From assembly GCF_006345805.1 (NCBI RefSeq), contig NW_021828385.1, positions 1 through 8,725 on the forward strand: a stretch of DNA of 8,725 nt, read 5' to 3'. The notes below the pieces were generated by a model that saw only the letters and a list, made by a program, of their open reading frames with translations, was not told where the DNA came from and did not search any database. Source of the stretch: Octopus sinensis. Taxonomy: Eukaryota. A program made the translations under genes and the position numbers. Below are positions 1 through 7,840 of the stretch, one piece after another. The number at the start of each line of letters is the position of its first letter. Position 1 is the stretch's first letter.

Positions 1-440
1 TGCAATTGTAATTGTGTAAAATTTTGGCATATGTTGGCAAAACAGGAGATAAATACAGAAATGTGCACTTCACGCACACGCACAAACATACATGCACAGA
101 TATATACCAGCAGAAACACATAACCACACATATGCATATACACACACATACATACATGCATTCATGCGAATACAGTATATGCATCCAAGCATTCAGATAC
201 ACACACTCACTCACACACACACACAAATACATAAATGTACACAGACATAAACACATGCACAAAGATATATACACACACACACACATATATATATATACAT
301 ATCTATATATACACATACACACACATATATATACCTGCAGAAACACATCTATGCACATACACACACACACACACATATATATACATACATACATGCAAAT
401 ACAGGTTCTTTGAATGGAACACATATATGAACACAGCAAT

Positions 441-483
<43 letters not shown>

Positions 484-694
484 TCACAGATGTATACACC
501 CATTGATGTTCCCCAACATAATCACATAATTATATATAGACACACACACACATGTATATATATATATATATACACATATAAACCTACATTCATTAACATA
601 TACACATACACATGGCTTAGTAATTATGCAAACTTTATTTTATGCGCGCAAATGGCAAGACAAATGCAGATACACATGATGTATATAACAGCAA

Positions 695-737
<43 letters not shown>

Positions 738-940
738 CATATATCTGCAAATACATGCTCTTGTAGATTTGCAAGTATAAGCACTCAGGCAATTAAATAC
801 ACACACCCACACACCTATATATATACATATTGTTATAAGCAGATAAATGTGCATACATGCACCTAGACAAACACACACACACACACGCACGCACGTCCGT
901 GCACACACGTTTGTCAACACATGCATGTTGTCACATACAC

Positions 941-1427
941 ACACTTGCAAACACAAGTTCTCTTCTACAGACACAAACATTCGCTCAAAGGGAATGAAAT
1001 TATGCACGCACGCACACACACACACACACCACACACACACACTCATACGTGCACACGCTCACACATGCATATAGTCATACACACACATGCACACATGTAC
1101 ACTTGCAGACACAAGGTCTTGTACAGATGCAAGCATATGCACGGAGGAAATCAGATATATGCACACACACACACACACACGTGTGTGCACTTACACACAC
1201 ACACACACACTCATACACAAATACACACATAAACACACACACATGCACAAATACACACACACATGTGCATGCACTTACAGACACACCACACACATGCACA
1301 AATACACACACATAAACATACACGCATACACTAACACACTCTCACACTCACACATGCACACAAACACTCTCACACACACACATGCTCACACAGACACAAA
1401 CACACACTCTCAAACACGCACATGCTG

Positions 1428-1458
<31 letters not shown>

Positions 1459-1796
1459 CATGTATACTTTCAGACTCAAGGTTTTGTACAGACACAAGCA
1501 TATGCACACACACACACACACACACGCACTTAGTCTCCCACACTCTCCCATACACACACGCACACATATATATATGCACACACACTCTCTCTCTCTTTCA
1601 AACATACACACACACACACTTAGTCTCACACACTCTCCCATACACACACACACCCATATATACACACACACACATATACACACACACTCTCTCTCTCTTT
1701 CAAACACACACACACACACACACACGTGTATACTTGCAAACAAGTTCTTGTACAGATGCAAGCATATTGCACTAAGAAAATCAAATACATGGACAC
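941..1796 (+). repeat. Four diverged copies of a ~50-70 bp motif (ACTTGCA-ACACAAG-TCTTGTACAGA-CAAGCATATGCAC...) embedded in CA tracts
   Basis: Copies at ~941-1007, 1099-1164, 1460-1507 and 1726-1796, aligned by eye. Confidence 0.8.
1527..1720 (+). repeat. Tandem duplication of a ~90-bp unit (CACTTAGTCTC...CTCTCTTTCAAACA)
   Basis: CACTTAGTCTC at 1527 and 1617; CTCTCTTTCAAA recurs near 1592 and 1694. Confidence 0.85.
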
Positions 1797-2122
1797 ACAC
1801 AGACACTCACATACGCTCACACACACGCACACACACGCTCACACACACAACACACGCTCATGCACACAACACACGCTCATGCACAAACGTTTGCCAGATC
1901 AGTTGCACAACGCTGAGCATATGCGCAAGTATGATGTGACAAAAACAACCACATGCTCTCGCGACACACATGCAAATATGCAAATACAATATCACACCGG
2001 CACAAACACACACACACACACACACACAAGGCATGATGCAGGCACACAACTACACCTGTTAGGTGCAGTTACACAAAAATCCAGCAAGGATACACTACAG
2101 CAGGTATGGTCTCTCTCTGCAC

Positions 2123-2157
<35 letters not shown>

Positions 2158-2630
2158 AATTATTAAAGACATCGCACAATATCCAATATTGTAATGTAAA
2201 TTACTTTTACTACTACTACTGTTATTATTATTATTATTATTATTATATTATCATTATTATTGTTGTTATTACTATTATTATTATTATTATATTATCATTA
2301 TTATTGTTGTTATTACTATTTATTATTATATTATCATTATTGTGTTATTACTATTATTATTATTATTATATTATTACATTATTATTGTTGTTATTACTAT
2401 TATTATTAATTATATTATCATTTATTGTTTTATTACTATTATTATTATTATTAGTATTATTATCATTATTGTTGTGTATTACTATCATTATTATTATATA
2501 TTATTATATTTCATTATTATATTATTATTATTATCTATTATTGTTGGTATTACTACTTATTTTATTATTATTGTTGTTGTTACTATTAATAGATGATTAT
2601 TGTTGTTGTTGTTACTATTATTATTATTAG
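2123..2630. repeat. Long degenerate (ATT)n microsatellite
   Basis: ATT/GTT/ACT/ATC triplets over ~500 bp; source of the poly-Leu/Ile/Tyr ORFs. Confidence 0.95.
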
Positions 2631-2640
2631 TTAGTTAGTT

Positions 2641-2698
2641 GGTAGCAGTAGTGTTGCTGCTCTCATTGTTGTTGTTGCTGCTGCTACTGCTGCTGCTG

Positions 2699-2733
<35 letters not shown>

Positions 2734-2750
2734 GCTACTGCTGCTGCTGC
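2641..2750. repeat. (GTT)/(GCT)/(ACT)n trinucleotide tract
   Basis: GTTGTTGTT-GCTGCTGCT-ACTACTACT...GCTGCT runs. Confidence 0.9.
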
Positions 2751-2843
2751 TAGCCAATGTTGTTCTTGCTGTTCCTGTTGTGTCGCTTATTGTTCTTTAA
2801 CGCTCGACCGAAAACAAAACTTGCAAAGAAAAATAAAATAAAA

Positions 2844-2888
2844 AAACAAACAAACAAACAAACAAACAAACAAACAAACAAAAAACAA
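2844..2888. repeat. (AAAC)n tetranucleotide microsatellite
   Basis: About 9 perfect AAAC units within an A-rich stretch. Confidence 0.95.
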
Positions 2889-3102
2889 AGGCCTTCCAAC
2901 CGTGACCATCCTGTCAATCTATTCTGATCAGACGACGATCGATTTCGAGGCCTGCATTTGTTATTCAGCATACGTGAATTTTCAAGATTGCAAAGTGTCA
3001 TTTGAGCGTCACTTGACTGCTGTTTCTAGCAAGGAGAAGTACTACCACGTGGTGGGGGGAAGGGGAGGGGATTCTCACACATTTTTTATGCTTTTTTAAA
3101 AA

Positions 3103-3138
<36 letters not shown>
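3103..3138. repeat. (ATT)n microsatellite
   Basis: Perfect ATT run. Confidence 0.95.
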
Positions 3139-3142
3139 GCAG

Positions 3143-3169
3143 TTTTTCTTTTTGTTACTTCTCTCACAG
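3143..3169 (+). promoter_or_regulatory. Candidate 3' splice acceptor (polypyrimidine tract + CAG)
   Basis: TTTTTCTTTTTGTTACTTCTCTCACAG|CTG, with AG at 3168-3169. Motif only; no transcript evidence. Confidence 0.3.
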
Positions 3170-3182
3170 CTGTTGTATTTTT

Positions 3183-3646
3183 GATGGTGGTGGTGGTGGT
3201 GGTGGTGACGACGATGATGATGATTATGATGATAGTGGTGGTGACGGTGGTGGTGGTGGGGGTGACGATGATGATGATGATGGTGGTGGCGGTGGTGGTG
3301 TTGATGATGATTATGATGGTGGTGATGGTGGTGGTGGTGTTGATGATGATGATGATGATTGTGGTAATGGTGATCGTGATGGTGGTCATGATAGTAATGC
3401 TGATGATGATGATGATAATGGTGGTGGTAGTGGTTATGATGATCGTGGTGGTGGTGGTGGTGATGCTGACAATGACAATGACGATGGTGGTGGTGATGTT
3501 GGCAGTGGTTGCAGTAGTGGTGCCAGCGGTGGTGGTGGTGGTAGTGGTGGTGGAGGTCATGATGGTGGTGATGTTGGCAGTGGTTGCAGTAGTGGTGCCA
3601 GCGGTGGTGGTGGTGGTAGTGGTGGTGGAGGTCATGATGGTGGTGA

Positions 3647-3678
<32 letters not shown>

Positions 3679-3893
3679 ATGTTGGCAGTGGTTGCAGTAG
3701 TGGAGCCAACGGTGGTGGTGGTGGTAGTGGTGGTGGTGGTGGTGATGCTGACAATGACAATGATGATGGTGGTGGTGGTGATGTTGGCAGTGGTTGCAGT
3801 AGTGGTGCTAGTGGTGGTGGTGGTAGTGGTGGTGGAGGTCATGATGATGATGATGATGGCAGTGTTGGTCGGTGGTCTTGATGGTGATGATGA

Positions 3894-3925
<32 letters not shown>

Positions 3926-4221
3926 ATGTTGGCAGTGGTTGCAGTAGTGGTGCCAACGGTGGTAGTGGTGGTGGTAGTGGTGATGCTGACAATGACAATG
4001 ATGATGGTGGTGGTGGTGATGTTGGCAGTGGTTGCAGTAGTGGTGCCGGTGGTGGTAGTGGTGATGCTGACAATGACAATGATGATGGTGGTGGTGATGC
4101 TGGCAATGGTTGCAGTAGTAGTGCTAGTGGTGGTGGTGGTGGTGGTAGTGGTGGTGGTGGTGGAGGTAATGATGATGATGATGATGGCAGTGTTGGTCGG
4201 TGGTCTTGATGGTGATGATGA

Positions 4222-4253
<32 letters not shown>

Positions 4254-4500
4254 ATGTTGGCAGTGGTTGCAGTAGTGGAGCCAACGGTGGTGGTGGTGAT
4301 GCTGACAATGACAATGATGATGGTGGTGGTGATGCTGGCAATGGTTGCAGTAGTGGTGCTAGTGGTGGTGGTGGTGGAGGTCATGATGGTGATGATGATG
4401 ATGGCAGTGTTGGTCGGTGGTCTTGATGGTGATGATGATGATGGTGGTGATAATGATGATGTTAACGATGGCAACAATGATGTTGATGATGATGTGGATG
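3183..4500. repeat. Higher-order (GGT/GAT)n trinucleotide-based minisatellite with recurring submodules
   Basis: Modules GATGTTGGCAGTGGTTGCAGTAGTGG and GATGCTGACAATGACAATGA recur many times. The junction GGCAGTGTTGGTCGGTGGTCTTGATGG occurs at 3858, 4186 and 4403. Confidence 0.95.
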
Positions 4501-4501
4501 A

Positions 4502-4680
4502 CAAAATACTTACTGATGGATATTTCTTCTTAATCATTAAGATCTGAGTTCAAATTCTGCTGGGGGTCAATTTTACCTTCCATTGCTCTGAGTTTGAGTC
4601 AATAAAGTACAACACACGGGTTGATGTAATCAAATGACCACTTCCCACTAAAATTGCTGGCCTGACATCAAAATTTGAAT
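4502..4680 (+). mobile_element. Old, 5'-eroded copy of SINE family A (tail type 3)
   Basis: TCTGAGTTCAAATTC at 4543, AATAAAGTAC, GGGGTTGATGTAATC, and the end AAAATTGCTGGCCT...AAAATTTGAA followed by (ATT)n. Matches the better-preserved copies downstream. Confidence 0.75.
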
Positions 4681-4774
4681 TTTTCCATTATTATTACTAT
4701 TATTATTATCATTATTATTATTGTTTTAATTGTGTACTCATTGTTTATATTGTCCCCTATATTGTCCCCTGTAT

Positions 4775-4998
4775 AAGGCGGTGAGCTGGCAGAAACGTTA
4801 GCATGCTGGGCAAAATGCTTAGCGGCATTTCATCTGTCTTTTAGGTTCTGAGTTCAAATTCCGCAAAGGTTGACATTGTCTTCATTTTCTCAGGGTTGAT
4901 AAGTTAAGTACCAGTTGTGTATTGGGGAGGGGGGGTCGATGTAACCGACAGCCGCATCCCTAAAAATTCTGGGCTTTGTGCCTAGAGTAGAAAAGAAT
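4775..4998 (+). mobile_element. tRNA-headed SINE family A, copy 1 (tail type 1 variant)
   Basis: AAGGCGGTGAGCTGGCAGAAACGTTAGC head with Pol III A-box-like TGGCAGAAAC and B-box-like GTTCAAATTCC. Body AAGTACCAG...GGGGTCGATGTAA. Tail CCTAGAGTAGAAAAG. Resembles octopus tRNA-derived SINEs; exact family name not verified. Confidence 0.9.
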
Positions 4999-5012
4999 AT
5001 CAATATATTTCT

Positions 5013-5226
5013 AAGGCGGCGAGCTGGCAGAAGAGTTAGCATCCGGGCGAAATGATTAGCAGTCTTTCATCTGTCTTTACGTTCTGAGTTCAAATTCCAC
5101 TGAGGTCGACTTTACCTTTTATCTTTTCAGGGTTGGTAAATTAAGTACCAGTTGCATGCTGGGGTCGATCTAATCGACAGCCCCCTCCCCAAAAATTTCG
5201 TGCCTTGTGCCTAGACTAGAAAAGAG
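5013..5226 (+). mobile_element. SINE family A, copy 2 (tail type 1 variant), head-to-tail with copy 1
   Basis: Full head AAGGCGGCGAGCTGGCAG, B-box, GTCGATCTAATCGAC hairpin, tail CCTAGACTAGAAAAG. Confidence 0.9.
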
Positions 5227-5471
5227 TGTATTGTCCCCTACACGTTGGCTCTGGTAGCCAATAAACAAAATTATTATTATTATTATTAATTTTTTCTTTT
5301 TCATTTGTGTCATGTACTATGTATATAGTGCATATACTTTTCTTTATTATTATTATTATTATTCCATTATGTATAAACCCCCACACTTTATGTCTGTCTC
5401 AGTGCTATGCCCCTCATCCTTTGCCCTGGAGGCAAATAAAAGATATCATTATTATTATTATTATTATTATT

Positions 5472-5773
5472 CAGTAGTTTTATTTTTATAGCGTGCTTTC
5501 ACTTCACTACCGAGCGCAGCTCTGTGTGCCTTGGCTATGTGCTGTGATTTGTTGCGATGCTCTGATGGTTACTGTATTGAAAGTGTTTAGCGTAGGATGT
5601 GTGCAGAGACCAGTAGTACAATTTTCTGTATGTATTTGTAAGTCCTAGCGTTTTTGTTATGTATTTGTCTGAATATTTTTTTTTATCATGCCTAATGCGC
5701 CCACTATGATAAGAATTGTTTCTGTTTTCAGATTCCACATTCGAGTTACCTCTATTTCCAGGTCTTTGTATTT
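5472..5773 (-). mobile_element. 5'-truncated, decayed non-LTR retrotransposon 3' end: C-terminus of a restriction-like endonuclease (R4/Dong-type) plus 3' UTR and (AAT)n tail
   Basis: Minus strand from 5773 reads KYKDLEIEVTRMWNLKTETILIIVGALGMIKK. A frameshift in the A9 run (5676-5684) is followed by YSDKYITKTLGLTN. A second shift gives QKIVLLVSAHILR*TLSIQ* (premature TAA 5589-5587, terminal TAA 5571-5569). KYxxLxxE...W...IVGALG...QK.xLL..AHILR matches my recollection of the R4/Dong-clade RLE C-terminus. ~95-nt UTR, then (AAT)n at 5471-5448. Confidence 0.85.
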
Positions 5774-5788
5774 TTTATTATTATTATT

Positions 5789-6019
5789 GGCGGCGAGCTA
5801 GCAGAAACGTTAGCACACCGGGCAAAATGCGTAGCCATATTTTGTCTGCCGCTACGTTCTGAGTTCAAATTCCGCCGAGGTCGACTTTGCCTTTCATCCT
5901 TTTGAGGTCGATTAAATAAGTACCAGTTACACACTGGGGTCGATATAATCAACTTAATCCATTTGTCTGTCCTTGTTTGTCCTCTCTGTGTTTAGCCCCT
6001 TGTGGGTAGTAAAGAAATA
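5789..6019 (+). mobile_element. SINE family A, copy 3 (tail type 2)
   Basis: Head GGCGGCGAGCTAGCAGAAACG, B-box-like GTTCAAATTCC at 5863-5873, tail TTTGTCTGTCCTTGTTTGTCC...TGTGGGTAGTAAAGAAATA, then (ATT)n. Confidence 0.92.
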
Positions 6020-6050
6020 AATTATTATTATTATTATTATTACTATTATT

Positions 6051-6265
6051 AAGGTGGCGAGCTGGCAGAATCATTAGCATGCTGGACAAAATGCTTAGCA
6101 GTACTTCACCGACTGCTTTGTTCTGTGTTCAAATTCCGCCGAGGTCAACTTTGCCTTTCATCCTTTCAGGGTCAATAAATTAAGTACCAGTGAAACACTG
6201 GGGTCGTTGTAATTGACTAGTCCTCTTCCCACAAATTTCAGGCCTTGTGCCTTTAGTAGAAAGGA

Positions 6266-6266
<1 letters not shown>
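6051..6266 (+). mobile_element. SINE family A, copy 4 (tail type 1)
   Basis: Full head and body; tail AAATTTCAGGCCTTGTGCCTTTAGTAGAAAGGAT, then (ATT)n. Confidence 0.92.
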
Positions 6267-6309
<43 letters not shown>

Positions 6310-6310
6310 C

Positions 6311-6520
6311 AGGTGGCAAGCTGGCAGAATCGTTAGCATGCCAGGTGAAATGCTTAGCAGTACTTCACCCATTGCTCCGTTCAAATTCTGCTGACGTCAA
6401 CTTTGCCTTTCATCTTTTCGGAGTCGATAAAATAAGTACCAGTTGCGTACTGGGGTCGATGTAATCGACTCATCCCCTCCCTCAAAACTGCTACCCTTGT
6501 GGCAAAATTTGAAATCATTA
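6311..6520 (+). mobile_element. SINE family A, copy 5 (tail type 3, small deletion before the B-box)
   Basis: Head AGGTGGCAAGCTGGCAGAATC, perfect GTCGATGTAATCGAC hairpin at 6455-6469, tail CTCAAAACTGCTACCCTTGTGGCAAAATTTGAAA. Confidence 0.9.
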
Positions 6521-6605
6521 TCACTGTAGCATGGTACCGCAGGTTGCAAGTAGTAAGCCCGCTATGCATGCAAAAAAGACTCCAGGAGCTCCAACAAAAC
6601 CTGTG
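6521..6605 (+). mobile_element. Possible short 3' end of an (AAT)n-tailed retroelement
   Basis: An ~85-bp non-repetitive segment is followed directly by a 155-bp (AAT/GAT)n array in the opposite polarity to the surrounding (ATT)n tracts. No coding signal. Confidence 0.35.
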
Positions 6606-6623
6606 ATAATAATAATAATAATG

Positions 6624-6672
<49 letters not shown>

Positions 6673-6677
6673 TGATG

Positions 6678-6714
<37 letters not shown>

Positions 6715-6761
6715 TGATGATAATAATAATAATAATAATAATGATGATAATAATAATAATA
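6606..6761. repeat. (AAT)n/(GAT)n microsatellite
   Basis: AAT repeats with GAT interruptions; source of the poly-Ile/Met and poly-Leu ORFs. Confidence 0.95.
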
Positions 6762-6812
6762 GACTCATATCCTCCCTCAAAACTGTTACCCTTGTGTCAA
6801 AATTTGAAGCCA
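6762..6812 (+). mobile_element. Isolated family A tail type 3 fragment
   Basis: GACTCATATCCTCCCTCAAAACTGTTACCCTTGTGTCAAAATTTGAAGCC closely matches 6467-6517 and is followed by (ATT)n. Confidence 0.85.
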
Positions 6813-6856
6813 TTATTATTATTATCATTATTATTATTATCATTATCATTATTATT

Positions 6857-7222
6857 GTGTGAGAGAGCAGTGCATGCCATCAAAGTGACACTGGGGTAAA
6901 ATATACGAAGCCCAGTATACCCATCATGACTACCCGTCTGATAAGGGTACACCAGGCACATGCATCACAGCCATATGTGCGTGACATGGTGATCTCATAT
7001 CAAGATAAACAGGGCGTGACCTTGCAGGTGGGGCCCAGTTAGAATTTTCTTCTAGTCAAGTAGCCCGTCCCACTCAAATGGTCCCTGAATAACGGTTGTT
7101 TAAGGATATTGAATGAAACATCCATGCTTCCAGAGGTGAATTATCCAAACCCCAAAGAATCCCTCTCGACACATGGCTATGATGCTCCCCAACTACTTCT
7201 GCTCATGATCAGAGATGCACAT
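6857..7222 (-). mobile_element. Probable 3' UTR of a 5'-truncated non-LTR retrotransposon with an (AAT)n tail; clade undetermined
   Basis: ~365 bp of complex sequence bounded on both sides by TTA arrays. The minus strand ends ...CACTGCTCTCTCACAC-(AAT)n. I recall it as an abundant octopus repeat but did not verify this. Confidence 0.55.
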
Positions 7223-7294
7223 ATTATTATTATTATCATTATTATTATTATTATCATTATTATTATTATTATTATTAATATCATCATTATTATT
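7223..7294. repeat. (ATT)n microsatellite
   Basis: ATT/ATC run. Confidence 0.95.
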
Positions 7295-7510
7295 GGCCGT
7301 TTGCCAGCTCTGTCTGGCACCTGTGCGGGTGGCACGTAAAAAGCACCCACTACACTCATGGAGTGGTTGTCGTTAGGAAGGGCATCCAGCCGTAGAAACA
7401 CTGCCAGATCTGACTGGGCCTGACGAAGCCTTCCAGCTTCACAGACCCCAGTTGAACCGTCCAACCCATGCTAGCATGGAAAGTGGACGCTAAATGATGA
7501 TGATGATGAT
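7295..7510 (+). mobile_element. 5'-truncated SINE/LINE 3' end (family C) with terminal stem-loop and (ATG)n tail
   Basis: GTTAGGAAGGGCATCCAGCCGTAGAAAC core; palindrome CCATGCTAGCATGG at 7466-7479, flanked by CGTCC/GGACG; (ATG)n tail at 7494-7510. Confidence 0.75.
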
Positions 7511-7520
7511 TATTATTATT

Positions 7521-7657
7521 AAGGCAACAGGATGGCAGAATCGTTAGCACATGGGCTGAAGTCCTTTGCAGTATTTCATCTGCCGCAATGTTCTGAGTTC
7601 AAATTCCACCAAGGTCAACTTTGCTTTCATCTTTTCAGGGTCAATTAAATAAGTACC
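7521..7657 (+). mobile_element. SINE family A, copy 6, 5' half (interrupted)
   Basis: Diverged head AAGGCAACAGGATGGCAGAATC and B-box; ends at AATTAAATAAGTACC (7643-7657). Confidence 0.88.
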
Positions 7658-7840
7658 TATTTCTTTATTACCCACAAGGGCCTAAACATAGAGGGGACAA
7701 ACAAGGACAGACATAGGTATTAAGTCGATTACATCGACCCAGTGCGTAACTGGTACTTAATTTATCGACCTCGAAAGGATGAAAGGCAAAATTGACCTTG
7801 GCGGAATTTGAACTGACAACGTAACGGCAGATGAAATACC
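7658..7840 (-). mobile_element. SINE family A, headless copy 7a (tail type 2), inverted
   Basis: Reverse complement of the body and tail 2, from GGTATTTCATCTGCC to AAAGAAATA. Confidence 0.9.

Larger units (their letters stand above)
71..2030. repeat. Compound degenerate (CA)n/(TA)n/(CATA)n microsatellite field
   Basis: Near-continuous CA/TA dinucleotide runs with short unique spacers. It accounts for all the His/Thr-rich and Val/Cys-rich ORFs in the track. Confidence 0.95.

Noticed and set aside
1970-1985. Tandem octamer motif ATGCAAATATGCAAAT (POU site)
   Set aside because: Arises easily from the surrounding ATGCACAT/ATAC-type degenerate repeats; no independent support.
12-2166. Many overlapping His/Thr-rich and Val/Cys-rich ORFs
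   Set aside because: Direct translations of (CA)/(TG)/(TA) repeats, open in several frames on both strands, with no domain signal.
2304-2630. Hydrophobic poly-Leu/Ile ORFs resembling membrane or signal peptides
   Set aside because: They are (ATT)n microsatellite translations.
2902-3099. 65-aa ORF in the unique island
   Set aside because: Non-ATG start, short, no recognisable homology. Kept only as part of the island finding.
3183-4440. G-quadruplex/R-loop potential of the G-rich strand
   Set aside because: Mostly GG doublets, generic to any (GGT)n tract; nothing locus-specific can be supported.
3096-4547. Long poly-Val/Met (+) and poly-Thr/Ile/Pro-Ser mucin-like (-) ORFs up to 342 aa
   Set aside because: Alternative readings of the GGT/GAT array that switch amino-acid character at each +1 junction. 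The C-terminus of 4200..4547 is SINE-derived.
5535-5738. 67-aa minus-strand ORF as a standalone gene
   Set aside because: Only YSDKYITKTLGLTN is in the true frame; it is a frameshifted piece of the LINE endonuclease relic.
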